Source: Lingula anatina | Lineage: Eukaryota; Animalia; Brachiopoda | Length of the DNA stretch: 64,000 nt | Assembly (NCBI GenBank): GCA_051362555.1 | Contig: CM120644.1 | Coordinates: 814,954 to 878,953 of the forward strand | Reading direction: 5' to 3' | In this document: positions 1 to 11,794 of the stretch, in pieces | Layout: each line of letters begins with the position of its first letter | How positions within the stretch are numbered: position 1 is the first letter of the stretch | Made by a program: the position numbers and the translations under genes | Notes under the pieces: model-generated | Told to the model about the DNA's origin: nothing | Databases searched by the model: none | Seen by the model: the letters and a program-made list of their open reading frames with translations, nothing else

Positions 1-261
1 GTTTTATTGATAGCGTTAAAATTAGATAAACGTCAAACTTGGGTCTTAAACAAAAACTATACCACAACATTAAAAAAACGGTAAATGTGTTAGGAAAGTT
101 AATTGGATGGTCTAGGGCATTAAAATACCAGCGATTCTCACTTTCAAAACGAATTTATTACATCTAAAACAGAAATAATCATGCACAAAATGACAAGAAA
201 TATAGGCCTAATCAAACTGAGTTACACCCCTAAAGGAATTTATTGACACTACGACTACATG

Positions 262-268
<7 letters not shown>

Positions 269-320
<52 letters not shown>
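269..320. repeat. poly(A) tract
   Basis: About 50 consecutive A. Confidence 0.95.
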
Positions 321-323
<3 letters not shown>

Positions 324-487
324 TGCATATTCCCAATGAATTACCTTTAAAATGCTGTATACAGTGTACATGTATTGATACGAGTTCAACACAATGTACC
401 TGTGTCAGCTAAATGAATAAAATGGTAAAAGGGGTAGGCCCTACTACAGGCCTACAAACTGCCTAACACTGATATGGGCACTCTTTG

Positions 488-521
488 TTCTCTACCAGAG
501 GTCACCTGAGTGATGACGTCA
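488..521 (+). promoter_or_regulatory. Conserved upstream block of NLR-1 with a CRE palindrome (TGACGTCA 514-521)
   Basis: TTCTCTACCAGAG...TGATGACGTCA recurs upstream of NLR-2 (CRE 19970-19977) and in degenerate form before the third copy (about 33644-33677). It precedes a shared donor AAACAG|GT at 903, 20545 and 34036. Confidence 0.5.
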
Positions 522-1380
522 ATTGCAATTCTCTGAAAAAGTTCTTATAATACAGAAAAATGCACAAAAAGATATCTATGAATTTGATGAATATCTAGCG
601 GGAATCGATCTGCCCTCGTGGAGGACAGCTCCTAGATATCCTCGAATATTTTTAAGCCGAGGTTTAGTTCAACATCAAAAGAAAGATCAAGAAAAACCTC
701 CCGGATTGCTGGTCTTGTGGCACAAAACACAGAGACCACTGACGCGATAAAATCGTTCTTTTTCTTCTTCTATTTTGCTCAAAATCAACACCGCTGTAAG
801 CATTATTTTCTGCTTTTGGAATTGAATAAGTTCAGCTGGGGTCACATTACAAAAGGTTCCATTGTGCCGTTTGACAAAAGTATCACTAGGCAGAATAAAC
901 AGGTGTGTATTTGCTTACCTCCCCAAACAGCAACCCTAAAAGAATTTAAGTAGCAAAAGCACTAGTATTTTAGCAGGCACATAAACTAGGACTTGTATTT
1001 GGAACGTAAGAGAGAAGATTACTTTTTTGAAGAATCAGCTGCATTTAAGAGCATAGTGGAGTATAATATCAGTCTGATAAGTTATCCTAACTCCGGTTGG
1101 AGGCTAATTTTAAAATACTGAAATTACAGATGTGCAGAATTAGTCACTGAGAACAGAAGACTTCTCAGGTAAACTATCAGGTTCAGTTTTAACCGTTTAC
1201 AAGATAATCGGAAGATTTCGTGCTATGTAATGTTTTTTTTAATACGTTCTTTGCTGCAGTCTCTCCATATGTTGTTGATGTGTTTTCTTCCCGTCCACTT
1301 CTTACTGGTGGCAATTAAATTACATTGCATTGTATTAAATTCCAGATTAGGTAGGAAAAGACGTCTAAGTGACAGGTACC

Positions 1381-4300
1381 ATGGCAACAGCATTTGGAAC
1401 GGACACGGACCAGGAGAATTTCTTTCGCATGAGCATTCTAATTGTAGATTATGCCGTGAAAATATTGCAAGATGTTCTCCAGCTACAGCTAAGAAAAAAG
1501 TATCCCAATTTATTTGACCCCAACACAGGGTTGCTGAATAAGGTGCTTGGTGATGCAACTGTCAGGGCAACACTGTTTGGATTGCCATCAAGAGTGTTTA
1601 ATCACCACCAACGAAATCAACTCTATCCTGCTGGAAAGCCTTCCACATCAGTAACTGTTGGTGATTTAGACCTCACACTGACTGTGCTCTTGTTGAGAAA
1701 CATCACCACGTTGAATCCTCGTCCTCGGTCGAAAGCATGGGATAACCCCTCTGACACAGACACATCAACAGAGGCCACGATTGGGAGAGTTAAAAGATAT
1801 CGGAATGTTGTGTATGGCCATGCAAACAAGGCAGCAATAAGCGATCGAGAATTCTTGGAACATTTCAGAGGGCTCAAGTCCAATCTCCAGGCTCTTTCTA
1901 GAAAGTTCACCGATGAGGAATATGACGATATATTGTCTAAACCTTTCAATGCTGCTTTACTGGAGACAAACCAAAGCATTCTTAAAGAATGGTTTGGTTA
2001 TGACAAAGATGTGAAAGACGAGTTGTTAAGCATGAAAGCTACAGTGGAGGAACTACCAAAGCAGCTTAGCCATATAGAACAGGTTCAAAAAGGTAGTGAA
2101 GACACTGTTATCAGAGAGATGAGAAGTGAAACCCAGAGTACACGTGAACAAATCGAGAAATTGGGATTTTCACTTGAACAAAAGACAGAAGGTACAGATT
2201 ATATAATTTTAGGCATTGTCTTTATATTATAAACCAAGAAAATAACACACGATTTAAAATGCTATTGTGGCTCACATTTGGTTTTCAGGAGCAACTTTAT
2301 TTTCAACATTTTTATGGATGTGAAGAAGTAAAAAGTAATGAAAAAGTGTAACCACTGAGGTAAAAGATCTTTAAGATTATTGATTTGATTGCTACTACCT
2401 GAGCTTGACATCTCATTGTGTTTTGGTTTCAGAAATTAAGGACCAACTCCAAGCGATTTATGGCAGGGATCGAGACAGACCAGAAAGTCAGAAAATCCCA
2501 GGTAATGTGCTGTAATAAACTCTAGGTACAGGAAACCAGATACATCTATGCATGGGGACGTGTCTTGTTTACCACTAATTTAAGTACATTAGCATTATAT
2601 ATGTAGTCCGTTGTGTCCTTTCATCCCCAACTTTAACTTTGTTATATATAAGCTAGGGCATATCAACTTATATTCCTAAAATATACGTATGAGAAATCCG
2701 CTTTTTTTGTTTACAAAATAATAATACGAATATTTTGGATTGGATTATAAACAAATTTAAGTGACCCTCCCCCCCCCCCCTACAAAATTTCATCGAATTT
2801 TAAGAAATTTGCTGGACTTAAACTTCAATTTTTTTGTGCACGATCATTCCCAGAATTTAAAGTAATCTTGATCACTTAATTTGCACTTGGATGCATTGCT
2901 CAAAATTGACAATTTTTTGATCACTTTATCACAAGTAATACTTGAACATATTCCTCATTCGGGATTTCCCTGATTTTTGCTGTGACTTTCTTCAGACCAG
3001 TCCTGAAATCGCTCTCTCAGACAGGCTATGGAGTATTTTAATGTGTGGGGTGGCCCTGTCGTGCTGAAACCATCATCCATGACAGTGACGGATTTAGGGT
3101 TTCTGAAAAATATATCACATCAGTATTCCCCTCTTGAAATTAGAACTTTGACTAGCTTAATCATAGTTCTAAATCGTACCAAAGGGCACTGTTTGCTCTC
3201 CAGAAAACCAAAAGAAAAAAGAAAAAAAGGAGGAGGAGCGACATAATTTTTAACATTATCTTAGGGAGCTTTCTAGAGGCCTTATTAGACCTCAGCTCTT
3301 CTCGATGTGAATGCTCCCTTAGATGTGAAGGAGTAAAAAGGAGTGAAGAAGAAATTAGTAAAGGTAAAGGTAATTAATTATTTGTTTTCGATTTCTTATG
3401 CCCAAATTTGACATTTCATTTTGTTTTGTTTACAGAAATTCAGGAAAAAATTGAGGTGATTTATGACAGGGATCGAGACAGACCAGAAAGTCAGAAAATC
3501 TCAGGTAATGTGCTGTAATAAACTCTAGGTACAGGAAACCAGATACATCTATGCATGGGGACGTGTCTTGTTTACCACTAATTTAAGTACATTAGCATTA
3601 TATATGTAGTCCGTTGTGTCCTTTCATCCTCAACTTTAAATTTGTTATATATAAGCTAGGGCATATCAACTTATATTCCTAAAATATACGTATGAGAAAT
3701 CCGCTTTTTTTGTTTACAAAATAATAATACAAATATTGTGGATTGGATTATAAACAAAGTGACCCTCCCCCCCCCCCCCCCCCCCTACAAAATTCTATCA
3801 AATTTAAAGAAATTTGCTGGACTTAAACTTCAATTTTTTGTGCACGATCATTCCCAAAATTTAAAGTAATCTTGATCACTTTGCTCCAAACGGCCTCCAA
3901 GAACTGGCAGCACACCTGCGTACACCACACAAAATGTCTATTACATAAATATATTCCTCATTTGGGATTTCCCTGATTTTTGCTGTTACTTTTCTGCAGA
4001 TCAGTCTTAAAATCGCTCTCTCAGCCAGGCTGTGGAGTATTTTAAACCACAATCCATCTTGACAGCGGCGGATTAAGGGTTTCTGAAAAATCTTGGAACT
4101 AACTAGAGAAGGCCTTCTCTATTTAGGTCCAAGGAAAAATATATCACACCAGTTTTCCCCTCTTGAAAATAGAATTTTGAATAGTTCTAAATCATCGTTC
4201 TAAACCGTACCAAAGGGCACTGTTTGCTCTCCAGAAAAAAAATCCAGGGCCCTTGAGCAGGCCCCCAACCCCACAACAAGGGGGCGATGGTCAGCCTCGT

Positions 4301-5080
4301 ATTCGAGGTCTGTCGTACCGCCCCCCCATCTCCCCCTTCAAATAATCCTAGGTCAGCCCCTGCTTGATCTGCCACTCCACAACATTCAACGCCGCAGTGA
4401 CCATTAAAAAAAGAACATAATAACTTTTATGCAAAGCTACCAAGATTACTCAAAATTTTGGTAATGATGATGCGCATACTGAAAATTAAGTTTAGGAAAT
4501 TTCATGGTGATGTGATCCCCAGTACAGGTATAGCCCTCTCTCCCTCTCTTGTGATCACCAGTACAGGTATAGCCCTCTCTCCCTCTCTTGTGATCCCCAG
4601 TACAGGTATAGCCCTCTCTCCCTCTCTTGTGATCCCCAGTACAGGTATAGCCCTCTCTCCCTCTCTTGTGATCCCCAGTACAGGTATAGCCCTCTCTCCC
4701 TCTCTTGTGATCCCCAGTACAGGTATAGCCCTCTCTCCCTCTCTTGTGATCCCCAGTACAGGTATAGCCCTCTCTCCCTCTCTTGTGAACATACATGTAT
4801 CTAGCTTAAAAATGGTAAAACTGCATGGTGATGTGTCCCTTGATCATGTAACATGATAATATGTAGCAGTATGTAGTTATTGTTTTACCCCCACCAATGA
4901 AGTTGTGTTTTTGCCTTTGTTTGTTATAGTCTATATTTGTTAAGGGCAACCAAACCCTAATAAGTTGTGGACCAATTTTGATGAAAAATTCCGGAAAGAT
5001 CAGAAAGGGCCAGCTTAGAATTTTTAAGATTTTGGTGAGGAAAAATTCATTGATTAATGATGAAAATTAAGGTGGCTTTC

Positions 5081-5118
<38 letters not shown>

Positions 5119-8100
5119 TTATTGAGCCAATAAAATACAAATGTATAAAATCGGGAATCTTTTGACCTGTAGTAGCGCCATTGAAATATAAAGAATGAAA
5201 CTTAAAATTACATGTTAGAGTTAAAAATAGTTACTGCCGAAAGATAAAAGCTATTTAAAAATCGCTTACTACCCTTAAAAGCTAAGAGTCTCGAACTGCT
5301 AGGTAAAAATTTAAAAAAGGGTATGGGCTGGATGGGAACTGTCTGTCATTATTGATAATGTTTTGTTTTTAGTCCTGTCTAGATATATAGTATGGACGGG
5401 AGTTAGATCTGTTCCAATTACAATCCCTACAGTTACGACGATCTTTTCCAACTTGTTCCTCTCCTCCACAGTTGCACGTCCATTCCAAACAGTTACTGAA
5501 TAAGTTAAAATACTCTCTAAAACACACCTGTAAAAGTTCGTTAAAATAAACACATTTCTGGTAAAAGCTTTCAATTTCCTTAAGAAATACATTCGTTGAC
5601 GTGCCTTTTTCAATAGCTTCGTGATGTTATCGCCCCAGGTTAACCTATTGAAGCACACTGAATATTTTTGTATTTCTCTGCTGAAGTCTACCTGGACACC
5701 TGAAGTAAGCAACTCTAACACAAATGAACAATAACTAACTACTGCACTAGCTGTGCAGCTCTTTATTATAGTACCAGTTATGCAAATGACCCAATGCTAC
5801 AAGTCCAATAAATACGATTGGCTAGTTCACCACTGCATAACCACTGCAATGCAACACTTGACCATAATTGTTTGAGATGTTATCACATAGTCATATTCAG
5901 CTGAACCCCTAGTAATGTATAATTAGAAACCTGTTCGACCGCTTTACCGTTAACTTCCAAGGGATTTTTACTTATCTGATTTCTTTGGAAGTCTATAATC
6001 ATTTCTTTTGTTTTGCTCACATTTAATATCAAGTCATTGTCTAAACACCAATTTACTAAACTTGTAACCGACTGCCTGCATGGCATCTCATCATTATGGT
6101 GTATCAAGCCGACTAAAGTTGTGTCATCGGCAAACTTCATTAAAATGTATTTTCCTCCCTCGCCACACAGTCGTGGGTGAATAACGTATATAAACAATAT
6201 GATAAGACGCAGCCCTGGGTGTGCCAGTGTTTAAAACTATAGTGTCCGAGAAGTTAAAACCGACTTTTACTGACTGTTTTCTGTTTAAAAGAAAATCTAA
6301 AATCCAATCTCAGAGTGCTGGTGGAAAATTAAGAGATCTTTGCTTTGTGCATGCTTTATTTTTAGTCCTTTATCTGTTTTACTCTTTTCAATTATTTTTT
6401 TGTTTGGGGAGCTTCAGTTGGGCAGTGAATTGTTATACGTGCTTCGCACATTCAAAATATGAGATTGTAGGACATTTCCAATAAGGCAACAGGTAACAAT
6501 GTACTAATTTTAATTTAACAGGCAAACATGTGATGGTAGATCGCAGTACTGACAAGTCAGAAGATCATCCTGCAAAACGTAAGTCATCCCAGCCGTCATT
6601 TGCTCTAGGACAGACAAAACTAATCCTGTAACATTGATTAATGCTTTGCTTGTTGTTTTTTTTTAAATATTTTTGAAAGGTTATGTCTCCCTTTTAATTT
6701 AACACAATATTACTTCGTGAAGGCACTTTTCATTCTTTCACAATGAATGATGAGGCTTATACCAGCCTCAAAATAAAGAAATACAATATTTTACTTGAAG
6801 TTTGATTGAAAAAATGGCACAGTGAACTTAAAGAAAAAGAACTTTATCCAAAACAGAAATTACATTAAAGTGATAATAACTCTTCGTTTCGGCCAAAAAA
6901 TGAATTTTCCTGGAGTAAACAACAATTTTCCCATACTTACCAATGGTTAATGAATCCATTTTTACATTCAAAGTTAGTCCCTGTTTTTTTTCTAAAAAGT
7001 TTGGTTTTTTGTTAAAATCTCTTAAGAGATTTTAACAGAGTATAGCCATCAATGGAGGTCACGTGGTCTAAAGACAAGCTCAGATATCAGAATAATAGCT
7101 ATAACAGCCGTTTTTGTGGGAAAACAGAATATATTATATTTTTATGAGCCATTCACAATGTTTTAATTGTGAAATACAGATTTCATACGAAGAGTTATTA
7201 TCCCTTTAAGTGATATAAGTGCTGTTTGTACTGAAGTTATAAAGTATGCGTTATATTCTTATCCAAACTTTGAAATCAAAATATCTTTGTAAAATACAGG
7301 TACTTTTCTTTTACAGGCAGCAGGCTCCATACAACCAAACCAGATCCCCCCTATCAGGTAGGTTAAGTAAGATGCTTAACCTATCAGGTAAGTTAAGCAT
7401 CTTACTTCATTTAAATATTTGAAAATTGTTGTTAATCAGTGGTTCATGATTTCATGAAATATCAAACTTTTGTCATCTTAACGCCATGTTCCAAGATAAC
7501 ATATTTAATGATGATGGTTCATAAGCTTAAGTGTAGACAAACAATAATATTTGGGGTTCTTACTCAAACCTACATTACATTTGCCACGGGCGCCATCTAC
7601 TCAGTACCTCCGTTGAGACGCTGTTCGAAAAGGGAATTACGGGCAGTACTGTACGGGCACCGTACTTGCATCGCATTTCAAATGTAATGTTTGTTTTACA
7701 TGGCTAAATAAGATTTCCCCTTGTAAAAAGTAGATCTATTGTAGTTCACAGGTGTTGTGCTCCTGCTTTACGAAACCACGACCTCTTCATCAATTACTAT
7801 ACGCAAGAAAATGCAGTAGTATCGAAGCAGCAAATAAGCATTAACGCAGTAGTGGCGTGGAGCATATTTGCAGGAGAAATGCAGTATAACCTACTGCAAT
7901 TCTACTTCAAAATTTACATAGGGTTGCATAGAGGAGGAGCATTAATGCAGTAGATTAGCAGCATGATAGAAGTATGTTTCAAATATGCTAATTAGCTCCC
8001 ACATCGAAGAAGATTTGAAAAATGTTTGCAGTATGATTGCAGTAGTCTGCTGCGCTGGAGTATCTACTTAGTATTTGTGCGGAAATTTATATATTACAAG

Positions 8101-11100
8101 CCATATATGTTATATAGTGCACACAATCCATATTTATATTTAAAAATCGTATGTAACATTTCATAATAGATATTGTGAATTATGAACCTGCTTCTATATT
8201 TTTCTGATTTTGTCATTTTGAGTAAGAAGTTGATGGGTCTGATATTTTTCAGCTTTAATTGTACATTTCATTCCAGTCCCTAATATAAGCTTTAAAACTT
8301 GAATCAATCTTCTAATTTTCAGGCACCTGTAATGAGCCCAACTCACAACAACCTGTTGTTACAAAAGCGTCCAATGCTGATAAAGGATCTCCAAGTTGAG
8401 GACATCATCCCAGACATGGTAGCCAGGGGAATCCTCAGTGAACGTAATGCGGATAAGATAAAGGCTCAAAAGACGGAACAAGAACAAGCTTTTGAATTTC
8501 TTTGTATTTTACCAAAATGTGGTCCTCGTGCATTTGAAACCTTTGTTGAAGTGTTGAGAGAGCACAACAAGAAAGAACTCGCAGATTTGTTAGCAGAAAA
8601 GGCGATCACTTGTAGTAGTAAAAACCAAATAGCAAATTTCTATATCAGTCACATGAGCCAGATACAGCGACTTCCCTGGGTCCCCAACAACACCATGCAC
8701 ATGGACGATGTCTATGTTAACTTACAGTGGGTACAAGAAGAAAACAAACCCACAGGCACCAGTTCTAAATCAGTTAAAAACTACACATCAATATTTGAAC
8801 ATACCAAAAAAGGCAAACGACCAAAGAGAATTTTGGTCAGAGGAAAAGCAGGTATCGGTAAAACTACATTTACACAGAAGATGGCAACAGACTGGGCAAA
8901 TGACGCAATGGATTTAAAAAAGTGTGAAGAAGTTTTATCAAAATACGGACATCTTATCACATTAAATCTACGCATCATTCAGCCGGATCAAACACTGAAG
9001 GGTGCAATCGGAATGCAAATACCTTGTTCTGCAGAAACTAGGAAAGCAGTGGCAGAGGAAATCATACAAGCTATGGACGATAACAGCGACCATGTGCTGT
9101 TGGTCTTTGACGGTTATGATGAATATGATCCCAAAACTTCACAAGAAATCACAGAAGTAATCAATCGTACACGATACCAGGATGTATGCACTATCATTAC
9201 AACACGTCCATGGAAGGCAGAAAAGTTGATGAACAGACGAATAATGGACAGTGTGTTTGAAATCACTGGGCTAACAGAGGACAATATAGCTCAGTATGTT
9301 GCAAATTTCTTTGATGAAAAAGAAAAATATGATGATTATCTCAAAATGAAGAACATGACTGTAGAAGATGAGTCTAACGGGCGTTATGAATGTCTCCAGT
9401 ATTATTATGGGGATATAGGGAAGGGTCTTTTAGGATACCTGGAGGAAATGAAACTTATGTCCCTGGCAGAGATCCCAATACTTTTACTATTCATTTGTCT
9501 GCTTTGGGAAGATAAGAAAGGTTCTCTCCCAGGTTCACACACACCTCTTTACAAAAAACTTATACAGTTGCTCATATGGCGAAGATACAAAATCGGGTCA
9601 CAGAAAAAAGGGAATGAATATCTTGGAAAATTCAAACACACCTTTTTCAGTCTTGGTAAGCTGGCTTTAGAGGGTCTGCTTAAACCAGATTGGGGTCTTG
9701 TATTTGATGAAGAAGATTTAAAATTGATTCCAAACATCAGTGAGTTGTACAGCTTAGGTCTCCTCAGCGAGTCCAAAGTACACTATAACTTTGATACGAA
9801 ATATCAATTAACATTTCTTCATACAACCATTCAAGAATTTTTTGCTGCAGAATACCTTGCTGGGTCAATGGGTGAAAATGATCATGTTTTAGATGAATTT
9901 CTGGGACGCTTAAACAGCCTTGACAGGCTCTATGACATGAACTATGTGCTGCGTTTCTTATGTGGTTTATCAGGGCAGGCGATTGGCAAAGTGCGACTTA
10001 GAGCTCAAGAGCTGGCACAGATGGATGCATCTCTAAAACTCATTTATTCTTCAAATACTGGAGTTGAAATAGGTGCTTTATTAAACAGAGACGTCTTCTC
10101 ATGGGATTTTCCCATCGATATTGAAAGTGTTTACTGGTACATAAAACAGTTTAACGCTCTCCTCCTAGAACACTGGTATGCCCACTGTCCACAGGAAAGC
10201 GATTTGACTCCTGAGCTTACCCCCTGGCACACCATACTCCACATACCACTCTCATTTAAACACTCTGATCCCAGATTTCAGGAGGTCTTGGACAACAGTT
10301 TACGCAATAATGAACAGATATGGAAAAATGTATTCCAAGATGTCAATACTGTCATTTGTGACTGCATACCATACACACCAGAAGACGAAGATGAAAAAAG
10401 AGATACAGTAGATAAAGCTATTCCCTTATTGATGATGTGTAAAGTATTCAGGAATCTTTCATTAATATTTTGGGATGATGAATCAAAATGCATGAATTCT
10501 AATAGCTATTACATTGCTTTAGGACATGTATTGTCCAGTGCGCCTAACTTAAACACACTGTGTATCAATAGAAGCTTTAATAGTTCATACCTATCTTTAA
10601 TACAAAACGCTGAAAAAATGATCAACCTGGTTGTTAGTAAATGGAAGGATCGTAGTGAAACACCAGTACCAGTTAGTACATCACCAGAACCAGTTAGTGC
10701 ATCACCAGAACCAGTTAGTGCAGCACCGGAACCAGTTAGTGCAGCACCGGAACCAGTTAGTGCAGCACTAGAACCAGTTAGTGCAGCACCAGAACCAGTT
10801 AGTGCAGCACCAGAACCAGTTAGTACATCACCAGAACCAGTTAGTGCAGCACTAGAACCAGTTAGTGCAGCACCAGAACCAGTTAGTACAGCACCAGAAC
10901 CAGTTAGTGCAGCACCAGAACCAGTTAGTGCAGCACCAGAACCAGTTAGTACAGTACTAGAACCAGTAGACACTCAGATTCTTAGGCAGATGTCAGCATT
11001 GAAGTATTTACATCTAGAACATGGTACAAGTCGAAGCTTAACAAATGACATAGGGGGTCAGCTGCCGTGCAGTCGTGGTCTGACGCACCTAGTGATTATG

Positions 11101-11601
11101 GATTTTCCCCTTACTGCTGAGTGTGTCAAGATACTGGGGAAGAACCTTCATTATGTGCCAGGACTGAAACAATTAAAACTGGAAAGTGTATTTGATTTGC
11201 CCGACTTTTTAATTTGTCCGTATATCGATCAGCAAGAACATGAAGATCATGGTTGCCCTGATGTTTGTGAAGCTTTGCTTGAACTGGGCCACGGTGTGAA
11301 ACACACTCCTAAGTTGAAACATTTCTCATTGGCAGACAATAAGTTGGGTTTGCACTGTGGTATCACCAGACCGCTCACAGCATTGGTACAGTCTCTCTGT
11401 ACAGTGGCAGAGCAGAATGAAATGAAGATTGACTTATCTCTTAATGATCTAGACAAAGTAGACAGCCTCAGGGAACAGATAGAGAGCATTGTCAGTTATT
11501 ACCAGGACGTGACCGTGACTATCGGTGACCCAATTCAGTTTTTTGAAAGGTCTCACCAGCTGTCTCCTTCAGTCGGGACACAGTCTATGAACCTAAGATG
11601 A
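1381..11601 (+). CDS. NLR-1: HEPN(DZIP3-like)-linker-CARD-NACHT-LRR, about 1441 aa; exons 1381-2191, 2433-2501, 3436-3504, 6522-6578, 7317-7357, 8323-11601
   Basis: All introns are GT-AG and phases chain 1-1-1-1-0 with no stops. HEPN motifs: ENFFRMSILIVD, DLTLTVLLLRN, WDNP, RNVVYGH (1801-1821). CARD-like LLLQKRPMLIKDL...GPRAFETFVEVLRE. Walker A GKAGIGKT (8842-8865), Walker B LLVFDGYDE, ITTRP, winged-helix FLHTTIQEFFAA. C-terminal LxxLxL repeats. Confidence 0.85.
2310..4235. repeat. About 1 kb tandem duplication containing a 69-nt exon (copies about 2310-3230 and 3310-4235)
   Basis: Near-identical sequence from GGGATCGAGACAGACCAGAAAGTCAG through the following intron, offset about 1003 bp. Confidence 0.9.
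4063..4361. mobile_element. Short TIR element (hAT-like MITE); related copy in reverse orientation at about 51200-51410
   Basis: Ends CAGCGGCGGATTAAGG / CCTAGGTCAGCCCCTG. Internal AAACCGTACCAAAGGGCACTGTT resembles the reverse complement of sequence at about 51320-51343. Confidence 0.45.
4512..4788. repeat. 39-bp minisatellite, 7 copies, intronic
   Basis: Unit GTGATCCCCAGTACAGGTATAGCCCTCTCTCCCTCTCTT repeated head-to-tail with no spacers. Confidence 0.97.
5081..6340 (-). mobile_element. 5'-truncated, decayed non-LTR retrotransposon (Rex1/Babar-like RT) in an NLR-1 intron
   Basis: KFADDTTLVGLI, LNVSKTKEMIIDF, KARQRMYFLRKL, ESILTYSVTVW. AATAAA and (TTA)n tail at 5081-5123 on the - strand. An unrelated insert of about 245 bp (about 5650-5895) splits the ORF. 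Confidence 0.85.
6869..7205. mobile_element. Non-autonomous TIR element with TTAA flanks (Kolobok-like MITE)
   Basis: TTAA|AGTGATAATAACTCTTCGT ... ACGAAGAGTTATTATCCCT|TTAA. Inverted sister copy at 47124-47432. Confidence 0.75.
10654..10968 (+). repeat. Coding 21-bp VNTR, 15 units of SAAPEPV-like heptad in the NLR-1 LRR region
   Basis: AGTGCAGCACCAGAACCAGTT x15 in frame. NLR-2 has one unit (30535-30555). Confidence 0.97.
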
Positions 11602-11794
11602 TAACAAAGTCATAGGTGTATAATATATGTATATAGTGTACAGTGAAAGCTGGGAACGTGTTGGACAATGTCTGCCTCACCAACGCTTGCCAAATTTGAT
11701 GCTGCTTTACTGTTATAATAAATAATTAATTTTGTTATAATAAATAATTTGTTATAATAAATAATTAATTTTGTTATAATAAATAATTAATTTC

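Noticed and set aside
1369-2232. Stand-alone 287-aa gene with a hydrophobic C-terminus (possible membrane anchor)
   Set aside because: The tail YIILGIVFIL is read-through past the donor at 2192; the exon continues in frame into the NLR.
4446-4856. Repetitive ORFs and a CRISPR-like look of the 39-bp array
   Set aside because: Head-to-tail minisatellite with no spacers and no cas genes, in a eukaryotic intron; the ORFs are by-products of the repeat.
10509-10973. 154-aa minus-strand ORF (LTGSGAA)n
   Set aside because: Antisense reading of the coding VNTR of NLR-1.
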